The position numbers were made by a program, and so were the translations under genes. From Callorhinchus milii (Eukaryota), in assembly GCF_018977255.1 (NCBI RefSeq), contig NW_024704743.1:114206001-114270000 (forward strand): a stretch of DNA of 64,000 bases. The letters are read 5' to 3'. Each line of letters opens with the position of its first letter. The first letter of the stretch is position 1. Positions 49,881 through 61,958 of this stretch are shown here, piece after piece. Under the pieces are notes generated by a model. That model had not been told where the DNA came from and ran no database searches. It was given only the letters and a program-made list of their open reading frames with translations.

Positions 49881-50203
49881 TAATAATAATAAATAATAAT
49901 CCTTGCCTTTGATATAGCGCTTTTCATGTCTTCTAACCGTCTAAAGCGCTTCACAGAATATTCTGTAAAGTGAATTGACTGTATATTTGTGGGTGAAACA
50001 CAGCAGCCAAGTTGCGCACAGCAGTGTCCCACAAACAGTCATGGATTCAGTGACCAAATTATTATTGTGTTTTTTTTCTTGAGGGATTATTATCAGGGCG
50101 TATGAAGTAACGAAACTTGCCCAAACGTTTCACCCTGCCAGAAATCGAACCCAGGTCTTTCGCTTGCGAAGTGAGTGCTCTAACTACTGAGCTACAGGAC
50201 TCC
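49881..50203 (-). mobile_element. SINE family A, short subfamily, full length
   Basis: Reverse-complement match to 14749-15068 and 59942-60261. Confidence 0.93.
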
Positions 50204-50482
50204 TTGAAATACAGTAATACTACAGTATTAGTATTATTTCTATCCAAAAGCACACCCACAACTTAATTCTATTACTGTGGTGTTTTGGCAGTTCTACATA
50301 AAAAGGACTGATCGCGACTGCCAGTGGGTGGGGCTGTCCTAGTGCAGAATGGATCCAAAGCCGTGTTTTCCTGTGTTCAAAGATCCAGATTCACACACAA
50401 TACAATCTGGAAATCTTACTCAGATCACGCAATAAAAACTGAGGGTGGGACGTTTTATAGAGTGAGGATCAGCACCATCCCT

Positions 50483-52210
50483 TGTATTAAAAAACAAGGG
50501 AAATATAAAAAGGCCTGCTGGCAGTCACGCTCAGTTCTAAAACAGCTGTTGGCCTGGTTCACTTGGTAAAACGCTCACCTCTGAGTCAGAAGGTTGCGAG
50601 TTCTCAGCCCTGTGTTGGGACATTAAGCTTATGGTCTTTTCTGACATTGTAATGCAATACTCAGGAGCTCTGCAACATCAGAGGTGCCATCCTTTAAGAT
50701 GACATGTTAAAACTGCGACCTCATCATACGGATGTTAAAGATTGCATGAAAGCATTTGAAACAAAAAGGGAGTCGTCCCCAATGTCTTGGCCAATGATCC
50801 TCCAGATTAACTGGCCTTTCACCTGAAGGCTGCTTGTAGGATTTTGCTGTGTGCAATATGGCTACCAACGTTTACCTACAAAAACAGTCATTACACGTGA
50901 GTGCGAAGTGTGTGCGATATAATAAATATTCTTGTATTTGATATATTCACATCGGGAGGATGTCTCTCAGCGCTTCATAGGATTTTTACTGTAAAATGTA
51001 GTGACTGTGTGTTTTGTAGGCGGCAGCCAATTTTCAGACAATGTCGGCTAATTGGCAAGAATCATAAAAGCTAGAGAATCCTCCAGGTAGTGGATATGAC
51101 AGACTGAAACTGGCACGTTGTCCTGACACTGGTACCCTGCAGGGCCCAGGTGCGTCTTTTGGCCATAAATCTTCAGAAAGTTCGCACTGAGATCAAAAAT
51201 CTGAGAGGAGTTCCGGAGGTCAAAATGATGATACACCGGGTTATCGGCAAAATTCACTCTTTACAAATCCTTTTGTGAATTAAAAAACAAGGGAAATATA
51301 AAAAGGCCTGCTGGCAGTCACGCTGAGATCAAAAATCTGAGAGGAGTTCCGGAGGTCAAAATGATGATACACCGGGTTATCGGCAAAATTCACTCTTTAC
51401 AAATCCTTTTGTGTATTAAAAAACAAGGGAAATATAAAAAGGCCTGCTGGCAGTCACGCTCAGTTCTAAAACAGCTGTTGGCCTGGTTCACTTGGTAAAA
51501 CGCTCACCTCTGAGTCAGAAGGTTGCGAGTTCTCAGCCCTGTGTTGGGACATTAAGCTTATGGTCTTTTCTGACATTGTAATGCAATACTCAGGAGCTCT
51601 GCAACATCAGAGGTGCCATCCTTTAAGATGACATGTTAAAACTGCGACCTCATCATACGGATGTTAAAGATTGCATGAAAGCATTTGAAACAAAAAGGGA
51701 GTCGTCCCCAATGTCTTGGCCAATGATCCTCCAGATTAACTGGCCTTTCACCTGAAGGCTGCTTGTAGGATTTTGCTGTGTGCAATATGGCTACCAACGT
51801 TTACCTACAAAAACAGTCATTACACGTGAGTGCGAAGTGTGTGCGATATAATAAATATTCTTGTATTTGATATATTCACATCGGGAGGATGTCTCTCAGC
51901 GCTTCATAGGATTTTTACTGTAAAATGTAGTGACTGTGTGTTTTGTAGGCGGCAGCCAATTTTCAGACAATGTCGGCTAATTGGCAAGAATCATAAAAGC
52001 TAGAGAATCCTCCAGGTAGTGGATATGACAGACTGAAACTGGCACGTTGTCCTGACACTGGTACCCTGCAGGGCCCAGGTGCGTCTTTTGGCCATAAATC
52101 TTCAGAAAGTTCGCACTGAGATCAAAAATCTGAGAGGAGTTCCGGAGGTCAAAATGATGATACACCGGGTTATCGGCAAAATTCACTCTTTACAAATCCT
52201 TTTGTGAATT
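50483..52210. repeat. Tandem duplication: a 799-bp unit twice (50483-51281, 51412-52210) separated by a 130-bp internally deleted copy
   Basis: Constant offset of 929 (identical ORFs at 51048 and 51977); no mismatch seen by eye; the unit contains degenerate SINE sequence plus unique DNA. Confidence 0.97.
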
Positions 52211-53444
52211 GTACAAATAAAGTAAGAAAGTGCATTGAATTACTTTGCACCCAACAGCAATTTGCAATTTGCACTTATACAGCACCTTTCACGCGAGCGT
52301 AAAAAGTGTCAAAGCACTTTACAATGATGGATTAGAAGCCTGCGCTGGGAGGGATATGGAGGCAGGAGACAAGGTGACCAAAGACACTGTCAAAAAGATA
52401 GTTCTTTAACATGCTATTCCTGTTTTATTTCATGTCATGTTCAGAGAATTATTTGTGAGTGTTAAGGTGAAGGATGACAGTGTTTTTGAATGTGAATTCA
52501 TTTTCTGTATCCAGGTCAGGCTTAAGAATTCCAGGGCGCAGGGGTTTGTATGTGCCTCAGTGCTATGCAGAACTCTGTGTTGAGTTAGCTGATAGTGTGA
52601 ACCCTCTCAGCAGTTGGCAGAGTTAACATTTGAATCCCTGCAGTTGTGGATGAGAGTCAAGCTCAAAACCCAGACAGTGAAAGAGCAACGTTCTCACCAG
52701 CAGTACCAGACAGCCCACTCAAAATACCTTCATAGAATTCTCCACGGCTCATACACAATCTCTTGTGCCACTAAACACTGTGTGAAGAATTCTTCCAGCT
52801 GTAATATCAGGTACTCTCAGAAACAAGAATGATTTTACCCATCGATGCTGTAACAATATTTCAGGTTAGCAACATTTACAACTGCACCCAGATACATTTA
52901 AGGGCTGTTTGAGACATCCTCACAATATGAAAAGTGATATAGGAATCTGACGTGTATTGTACATCACTCAGAATTGAAGTGACAGAACTCAAAGATTCAA
53001 GGGAAAGAAAAAACATTAAGAGAAATAATAATATTATGTATAATAATAAATTCTTACATTTAATATAGTGCCTGCCTTTCATGTCAGGAGGTCATGTCAA
53101 AATGTTTTGCTAAATTTGCTATAAAGTGTAGTGATTGTGTACTTGAACACTGCAACTGCCAGGAAAAGCACCCAAGTTGTGAAGTACATTTTGTTAGATT
53201 TCGACTCTGAGGCGATCTCAGGTTAGAGCCAAAATATTGTGAATGAACTACTTGCCTCTCTTCAGGCTTTTTTTAAATAAAACTCCATAGTTGTGGGTAA
53301 TCTCTGTAAACTAAAGCGTTGCTGTTTCATATAAATTTTCAGGTGGTTCATTGTTTAGTACCCCATCCTTTCACGAGATCACAAGATTGGTTGAAGAAGG
53401 TCCTACGACTCATTTGATCTCATCCTTCCAGGACACTCCCTTGC

Positions 53445-53570
53445 GCACAAAATATACAGTCAATTCACTTTACAGTGAATTGACTGTATTCTGTATATTC
53501 TGTGAAGCGGTTTGAGACGTCTACAATGACGTGAAAGGTGCTACATCAATGCAAGGATTATTACTACTAT
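53445..53570 (+). mobile_element. Family A SINE 3' fragment containing a fold-back palindrome
   Basis: cacaaaatatacagtcaattcactttacag..gtgaaaggtgctacatcaatgcaaggattatt. Confidence 0.85.
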
Positions 53571-53659
53571 CCTCCCAACAAGCTGTGCCAGTTGTTAGTT
53601 ACCCACTGGGTGAAGAAAAAATATTCAGCAACAACTTGCATTTATATATCACCCTTCAC

Positions 53660-53802
53660 ACAGATGGGACCTCAGTTTTCACGCATCGCTCAAAGTACAG
53701 CACTTCCCAGCACTGTACTGGAGTGTCAGACCTACGGTGTGTGTTCACAGTCCCAGCGTGGGGCTTGAATCCACAACCTTCACTAACTGAGCCAGGCTGA
53801 CA
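53660..53802 (-). mobile_element. Family B SINE 5' half
   Basis: cagcactgtactggagtgtcagacct..ggggcttgaatccacaaccttc..aactgagccaggctgacac. Confidence 0.8.
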
Positions 53803-56069
53803 CCTGGAACTGGATCGGGTGAGATTCTCTCTTGCTATTAAATGAAGCAAATTTCACAATGTGCACATGGAACTTTCCCGTGATCAGCTCAGATCAGAGA
53901 ATTTCTCTCTGATGCACGATGTTGGAAAGTGTTCCATTTACAAACATTTCCATTTTGTTTAAGAGACATAGGGATTTATCTGAAAAAATATACACAGTAC
54001 TCAGTGGTTCAATTTGTCTTTTCCAATTGTTATAACGCATGTGCACTGTTCAGATGGCTGCAGCTTATTCCCATTACTCACAGTGCCGAGATTTACTGTA
54101 CCAAAGATGGGAGAGGATTCATCATTTCTGTAGTCAAATCCATCATTGGACTCCTGGGTGTGCAAGTGTACAGTAAGTTACCACAGAGGGGGAGGTCTGC
54201 AGATCAGTGTTTACACTGCAGTGGAATCCTCTTCATCTTGAATTTGATGTGGACTGTTAATTGACTCTTTCAGCCTGGAGTCAAGATAATCCTTTGAAGA
54301 TTTTGTCCTAAGTAACAAGTCATAAGCAGAGTGGAGCAGTCCACTGGTGACCCACAATGTGTTGTTCGGTGCTCTGTCTACACAATTCATTTATCATGCT
54401 TCGTACACATGTGAGCCTAAGCACACAATGACACACATTCTCAAGAAACCTGAAAAACTGGATCAAATTCTTGGAAAGCCTTTGTTCATTCAAAGTTTTT
54501 CGGAAGCACTCCAAGAGCTGAGTCTGTTGAATGCATTTAACAGACGCTTTTAACACGTGCGTGTGCTATGGATGAAGCAGCAAAGCGAGATAGAGAAAAC
54601 ATTCTCAATATAACTTCATTTTGCATGCTCGAGTTACACCAAGAGCTACTGAAATCCAGGTTTAGGAATTAAGTGCAAAAGCCTTGGGGGCCTTCTAAAC
54701 TTTACAAAATATACAAAAAAGTGACCAACCCATGAAGTGACATGGTGTGGGGTAAACTGGTATCCAGGACACCAATGCTTTCTTTATTTAGGTTCAGAGG
54801 ATCAGGACATGAGGGCAGGAAAGCCTCTGAGTGTTTCATTGAAGGAGATTGGCTTGTCTTCTTCAACATCATTTTAACTCCGTTTCTCATTCCTCCTTTA
54901 CTCTGTATGAATCACTTGAATTGATCACCTTTTCCTTCTCTTGTGCACTCCCTCCCACAAACCGGTTCAATTCACCGACACTGGGGACTCTACAGTCTGT
55001 GTAAAACGGGGAAGAAGCGCTGATTCAAGCCTCCTCAAACTATCCTGCTCAAATTTGGGGTCAGGGTTTTGAAAACTGCTGCAATCCGAAATAAAAGAGG
55101 CCAGAGAGTAAAACGAGCTACAGCATCGCAGTTTCACTTGGTATATGTGTTGCTGTGATGCTGTCAAGCACCGGTGCATGTAGCCTATATAACAGTCCTT
55201 TGCAGTAAGTAACCCGCTTTCTTGCGCTTACATTTGCTGCTGCGAACTAGCATTTAGCAAGCACTGAGGTAAAAGAGAAATATAGGTTCATTACATCTGT
55301 ACGCACAACTCCAGCCTACACACATTCCATCTAAACCCATGGTCAAAGTGAAACCTGCTGTGCAGTCCAATGCATGATATAGTATGACACTATATTCCAT
55401 GACAATTGATTAAAAAAAAATTCCTTATACATCAATATTTATCAACTGCGAATAAACGTACAGATTTAAGCAACAAGCCTACGTTTTCATCACCCTCAGA
55501 ACAAACTCTTTGATTTGATAACAATAACTTAGACAAGATTCAACTTCAGTCTTCAAAGAGTTAAATAGTTCTTTTTAAAAACACACAGACACACACACAT
55601 ACCAGATCTATTTCCTGTGTGACTGTAATTGGAAACACATAAAGCTGTAACTATTACCTTGCATTTGTATTAGGCTCTTATGGTGAAGTAGATTGCACGA
55701 GATCTTGTACAAGCGATAACATTCATGGATTAAGATGCTTTTTTTAAAAAAAAAGAGACAGATGCTCGTGTGGTAACTTTCTGGCTGATATTAAAACGAT
55801 TTCCCCCCCCAACCCAAAAAAAAATAACGTTGAATGTGCACATGCAGACCTCTCTCACAGCCAAATGATGATAAAGGGATGTTATTTGTTAAAATATAGT
55901 TTAACAGTGCAGATATGGAACTGCAGCTGTTAGAGGAGAGAGGGCAAAGTTCTGCCTCTGCTCACTTGCCTGCAGTTTTAATAAGTTTATTTCAGCCCTG
56001 GAGTTACTTTAAAGTTTGCTGACTTTCTCACTGGGAGAGTGGTGAAACCCACTGACTGAAACTCCTCAC

Positions 56070-56180
56070 CTCCTCCTGAACTCTTAAGACTCCCCCTCAG
56101 CTGAATCCAGGCTGTTCCTCACTGAAAGTGAAGTGTTTTAACAGCAAAGAGAATCTGACCCTCACTTCACAGCTCGAAAC
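56070..56180 (-). other. Candidate 111-nt non-coding 5'-UTR exon
   Basis: Strong acceptor (ct)n-gtctctcag|G with AG at 56182-56181; donor GAG|gtgagg at 56069; alternative donors further along are possible. Confidence 0.4.
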
Positions 56181-56181
56181 C

Positions 56182-56182
<1 letters not shown>

Positions 56183-56216
<34 letters not shown>
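56183..56216. repeat. (GA)n microsatellite
   Basis: Direct reading; forms the polypyrimidine tract of the minus-strand acceptor at 56181. (CT)n tracts also occur at ~2414-2437 and ~63005-63031. Confidence 0.9.
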
Positions 56217-56220
<4 letters not shown>

Positions 56221-56483
56221 ATCCAATGCACCCAAACCCTTCCTGTCATTAATGCTCATGTATCTCATGGACATACAGTACTCGTTATCTTTCAGTCAGA
56301 GAAGAGCAACACCGACAGGAGATGAGAGCTTCGGACACAGTAAAATGAGCAGCACTAACATTTCATTGCTAACACTGCAGCAATTCTCCAACCTCCCCCC
56401 AACCCCCCCCCCAACACCCCCCAACCCACCCCCACCTCTCAATTTAAAAAAAAAACCAGACAGATTAAATGTTTTTGCTGTAC

Positions 56484-57040
56484 CTGAAACCTGCTGAGGT
56501 GGTGGTGGTGTTTTTTTTTTTGGGTGGTGGTGGGGGTGATGGTGATGGCTTTTCAAACAAGATCTTCTTGAAAAAGGTTCTGCTCTCCACGTTCAATGCA
56601 CAGACAGACACACTACAGACACACACTCGCACACTGCAGGACCACCAGGTTTCCCAGTGTTCCAGCCCTCTCCCTCTCTCACCCCCACTCAGATGTGATG
56701 ACACGCACTTAAACCCCAACCATCTGCTGGAACACGTCCTCAGCCACTCAGCTCAGGGGGTGTGGAGTGCCCTCCCTGCCCTCCCTCCCCTGCCCTGCCC
56801 TGCCTGCCCTGCCCTGCCCTCCCTGCCTCTCCACCCAGTCCAATCACTGGAGAAGGGTGGCTCCTAAAAGCAGGAGGTTGTCCGGGACAGAGGACATACA
56901 AACCAGTTCCCTAAAACCTCTCGGGAGCACCAGTAACCTGAGAGCAACGTGAAGGAGGAGACTGGTGCAAACCTGGGGAAGGGGTCCTGGTTGGAGAGTG
57001 GGTGGGAGTGGGTGGGGGGGAAGGGGAGAGGGGGGGGAGA
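56484..57040 (-). promoter_or_regulatory. Candidate promoter and first exon of the SULF transcript
   Basis: Retroposon-poor, GC-skewed low-complexity region; CCAAT at 56840-56844; G-tract arrays on both strands; CAG|gtacag donor at 56483 that could pair with the 56181 acceptor. Confidence 0.35.
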
Positions 57041-58151
57041 AGAAGAAGTTATTTTCCCAATCGTTCGTTTATGTTGTTTCTTGCAACTCCCCCGAAGGAG
57101 TTAACCCCATCCCCCTCGTCCTGCTCCGGGATCCTCAATGTCGGGTGAACAGAAGCACATCAGAGTCCCACTTGTAACATTCAGAAGACGTTCGTGGAGA
57201 ACAGTTTCCCTTCGCAGCTCCAGAGGTGAAGGCAGATCCGATCTGATCTGCTGATAAAACTCTTCCAACAGAGCGGTGGCTGTGCAGAGCTGCCCCAGCC
57301 CAGGACCCCCAGACACCCTGCAGCACTTTTGCTTTCCCAGATTACCTTATATAACAAGTCAAGCCCCACTTCTGGAGTCCAAGGCTGCACACCCGCTCAG
57401 ATGCACCCCTACTTAATCATTAATGAACCCCCCCCCACTGAATACAGCTCCTGTACAAGTCCCCACATTTCTTGGCATCTCAGCAACACAGTGCCTTCCC
57501 AGCCACCTATTAATCTTGGGACCACCCTCAGCCCTACTCTGTACGTTGCTGATACAACAACAACAAATTACATTTCATGTATGCACCCCCATATCTTTAA
57601 TGCAGATTTGATTCTGCATTTTCTGGCCCCTTTTCTCTGGAACTCCGCGCCTTCAAAACCTTTTCGACCACGCTATCGGTCATCTTCCTCCCTCTCCTTC
57701 AGCACCCTTTCTACTCATCTCCAGCTCAACAATCAGTTTTTGTGTGAAGTGCTTTGAGACATCCTTCCCATGTGAAAAGCACTATATAAATATAAATTGC
57801 TGCTGTTGCTCTTAATGCTATGCTAATTCACAGTTATTGGTTGACGTTTCCCGGGTTAGTGGCACATTACAGCATTAACCACTGCAGCTATACTGGAGCC
57901 AGAATGGATGTAGAAGTCAAAAGGTATTTTTTTTACAGGCGAGGGAAGAAAACATAAATATTTGTTCCCATAAGTGAATCTTGTATGTTGCAAGCCATTT
58001 TACCAGTCCAGCAATGCTCCTGGAGTTAGGAATGGCTGTTTATGTACCCCATTAAATAAACCTGGTCCCCTCTGTTAGTTCACCTTATGTATGTTTTGAG
58101 TCCATGCTGACTTTTCTTTGTACGCTTTGTTTTAATTACTTGGAGCTAATA

Positions 58152-58750
58152 CAGTCTAGGCTGGCACTCCAAAGCAGTCTTTCGGCTGAGACGCTTGTCA
58201 GTGGCAGAGAACAACGGCAAGCCAGGGGGAGAGAGAGGTGACCATAGGTACCATCGAAGAGGAAGGTCTTCAGGCGTGACCTGAAGATGGGGATGGAAGG
58301 GACAAGGCGGAGGGATAGGAAAAAGTGTTCTAGAGACATTAAAGCCAAGTTCCCACCTGCCTGTTCAGGTTGATGATAAAGATCCCATGGCACTATCTGA
58401 AAAGAAAAGGATGTTTCTCCGGGTGTCCTGGCCAACGATTCCCAAAATAAAATTGGTCATTCACTTCATGGCTGTTTGTGGGACATTGCTATGCCTTGCT
58501 GTGTCGTCTACAAAATTATGCAATCACTATATTTTAAAGTAAATCCTGTTAAGTGCTTTGAGACATTTTACCGAACAAGCAGATGGGACCTCGGTTTAAC
58601 GTCGTATGAAGGATGGCACCTGTAACAATGGAGCAGAGCCGCAGCATTGAAATTAAATGGAGGCTGAGTTTCAAAGTCCCAATGTGGGGCTTGAAACCAC
58701 AACCTTCTGATTCAGAGCCAAAAGTGCTGCCAACTGAGCCAGGCTGACAT
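58152..58750. mobile_element. Nest: plus family B SINE interrupted by a minus L2 fragment (~58200-58332), then a minus family B 5' half (~58575-58750)
   Basis: SINE centre resumes after the L2 piece; the reverse head ends caactgagccaggctgaca. Confidence 0.75.
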
Positions 58751-59339
58751 CAAGTAGCACAGCTAGACGCAGATTTCACTGAAATCCTTGCAGGTTAAGT
58801 TACATTTTCCGTAGATGTAGACGATCCCTATCTAGGCTTTGGATTTCATTAGACTGGCTGCATTACGCCCATCTGCAATACCTGCCACTTTAAAAATACA
58901 AAGAATCACTTGTAAAGACTGAGACCCTGGCACTGACCAGCTCACACTCCCGTCACCTGTTCTTTCTCTCTCTCCCTCTCACACACTCACACACAAATAC
59001 ACACACACACACAGATACAAGCTCCCCCCCACCCACCACCAAAACATTGATATCTGAACTGGTCAGCCACCTGTAACAAAGTCGCAAATCTAATCTTCCT
59101 TCACACACAACCCTCCCTCCATCCTGTTCAGCTGCCCATAGGGTGACTCTTGATGGGGGAGGAGGGCGCAGGGGAGGTGGTATGTGAAGCTTGTAGACAG
59201 CGATATCAGCAGCAACTTGATGACGAGGAAGTTGGGCACAACAATAATCCTCACATTAGATACAACACATTTCACGTCTCAAGGACATCTCAAAGCACAG
59301 GATTTATTCTAAAGTGTGTATTGTGCAGGTGAACCTGGC

Positions 59340-59680
59340 AATAATAACAAATTACATTTGTATAACGCCTTTCACATCGGGAGAAACCAATCTAGCAATC
59401 AATTTGCACAGAGTGAATATCCCACAAACAGCCATGAAGTGAATGATCAATTTTAACTGAGGAATTGTTGGCTAGGACACCGAGAAATAAAACCTTTCTC
59501 TTTTTGAGTAGTGCAATGGCATCTTTAACATCCACCTGAACAGGCAGATGAGATCTTGGTTTAAAGACTTATGCGAAAAACAGCATTTCCAAAGGTGCAG
59601 AGTTCTCCAGTGCTGAACTGGAAAATCAGCCTGGACTGCAAGCTCAGGACTAGATGTGCAGCTTAAGACCACAATCTTGT
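59340..59680 (-). mobile_element. Degenerate family B SINE
   Basis: atctttaacatccacctgaacaggcagatg plus tail. Confidence 0.75.
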
Positions 59681-59941
59681 GGCCAAGTGACATTTTACAG
59701 GTAGCCTCAATATCTCTGGCCAAGGAAGAGAAACAGAAATCAACCAGGGATCCAGAGCAGAAGGATTCAGGTACTGAATTCCTGTGGACTGAAAAGATTC
59801 CTTCTGAAGGAATCCCATTAAGAAACACGGCAATTATACCTCACGATGCGAGTTTAAGTGTGTGAAAAATAATCCACTGCAATAAGAAATGTGTGGAGAA
59901 ATCTTTTGATGGAGGACATGGAGGGAGACAAGGCAATACTT

Positions 59942-60261
59942 GGAGTCCTGTAGCTCAGTGGTTAGAGCACTCGCTTTGCAAGTGAGAGACCTGAGTTCAA
60001 TTCCAGGCAGGGCGAAACCTTGGGCAAGTTTCCTTACTCCACACAGAGCCTAATAATAATCCCTCCAAAAAAAAACAACAATAAAATTGGTCATTTTCAA
60101 TCCACGACTGTTTGTGGGACGTTGTTGTGCGCAATTGGCTGCCGCGTTCGCCCACAAATATACAGTCAATTCACTTTACAGTCTATTCTGTGAAGTGCTT
60201 TGGGACGTCTAGAAGACGTGAAAAGCGCTATATCAAATGCAAGGATTATTATTATTATTAT
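59942..60261 (+). mobile_element. SINE family A, short subfamily, full length
   Basis: Intact A/B boxes, 3' hairpin and (att)n tail. Confidence 0.95.
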
Positions 60262-61774
60262 CGATATTTATTAATAGTGAACCAATTATACAGTTATTTG
60301 GGAGCCCCACATTATTTTGAGCCCGGAGAACGTGTTGCCTGGAGCAGCACACCTTGTGCTCTACAACAAGTGAAAAGGTTTCGCTCCAATTTAAAGTCCT
60401 CAATTTTTTGGGGGGTGTCAGCTGGGTGTCTTGACACATGCGAAAACCCATCAGCATGCTTAAGAATATCCAAACCAAACTGAGAATTCCATTTCAGTGG
60501 AGCCTACACCCCACCCTCCCCATCCCCAGGAGGATAGAAAGTCCACAAAATCATCTGAAGTCCTCAGGAATCTGCCAGGTGTCCAACTTGTCATTGCTGT
60601 AGATCCCAAGCAGTGATTAGCTTAGCCTCAGATGAAAGGGAGCTATGCAAGTGAGCCTGAGCTATCGTCTAACCACACGCCGCCTGTCTTAAACCTGGTG
60701 CTGTGGTTCTCACTGGCACAAGAAGCCGGTGGCAGCAATCAGCAATCAAAAGCAGAAATGTTCTTTCTTAGCAGCAGATGGGCAGCAGCTGCAGCACCAG
60801 CTGACACTTCAACTATGTAACTGGATCAGAACTTTCAAATGTCGAAAGTTCCACCGAACACGGTACATAAAAGTTGTGGCTTGAAAGAATCCTGCTCCTC
60901 CTTTTTAATATAAATAGGAAATTACTGGTCGGTTTCACTTTAAACCCGTCTGCTTATTTAAATTAATAGTTCCTCGAGTCACAGGTTATTTGAAGCTCGA
61001 CATTCAACACACCCAATATGCGGATTAGAATCAGGCTTCGGCATTTATTGTATTACCACAAACGTGTTGTCTTACCCAAGCACGACGAGAAAAAAAAACT
61101 GCAGTGGCCTTATGTCAGTGCAAAATGCTAGCTATTTCACCTAAGGATTTGCCGTTCCTTTAAGTGCTGTTTAAATGGTTACTCCTCGCTTTAAACTGAT
61201 CATTTGGTAAAGCTGGTGTATAAAGTAACTAGCAGACACCTGGCGTATGTGATTAACGCAAAGAATGGTTTGTTTCATTAGGGGGTGGGTAAAAGGAGAA
61301 ATGACAACTTGAAATTATTTTATTCCCAAAACGCGACGCTAGTCATGAATGGTCCCTTTTGTCTTACTTTGTTTTATAAAATGCCTGTGGTGCTCCTCTC
61401 CGCCTACTGTCCTCAAAATAAACATGTCAATGGGCAGCCCAGCAGTTCAAGCAGTTGAATGCTTGACTTGTAACTGGAAGGCCGATTGTTTGATTCCCAA
61501 GGTTGCCTTTCCTTTGAAGTAATTTATCCCAGTCGGGCGAGATCCATTTGCATGGAAAAGCTATACTGGACTATGCAGAAGCAGAGCAAGTGAGAGTGAG
61601 GTCATAGCAAGACAGAGACAGAAAGACACTCAGAGACAAAGAGAGAGAGAAAGTGAGCAATGCCAATGCTACAGCCAGTGCCTCGCTGTGCTGGAAAAGC
61701 TCTGGCTCCACAGATTGATAAACTTTACGACTGAGAGTTCCTCGGTAGGTAAATTCAGTCAAGAGGAGAGTTCA

Positions 61775-61958
61775 TGGAAGACGTGGTCAAAGAGGAAGGT
61801 CTTGAGATGGGCCTTGAAAGAGGCAAGGGAGGGGGTGAGCCGGAAGGATTCTTGGATGGAGTTCTAAAGGGCAGAAATGCTGGTGGCCTGAATGCCGATG
61901 ATGGGGAGGGGAGAACGAGATGGGGGTCATGGAGCAGGCCAGTGTCGACCGAGCGATT
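61775..61958 (-). mobile_element. Old L2 fragment
   Basis: ggtcaaagaggaaggtcttgagatgggccttgaa..ggatggagttc. Confidence 0.65.

Noticed and set aside
51048..52186. Two identical 69-aa ORFs suggesting a duplicated small gene
   Set aside because: The identity comes from the DNA duplication. The start is GTG and there is no recognisable domain or exon structure.
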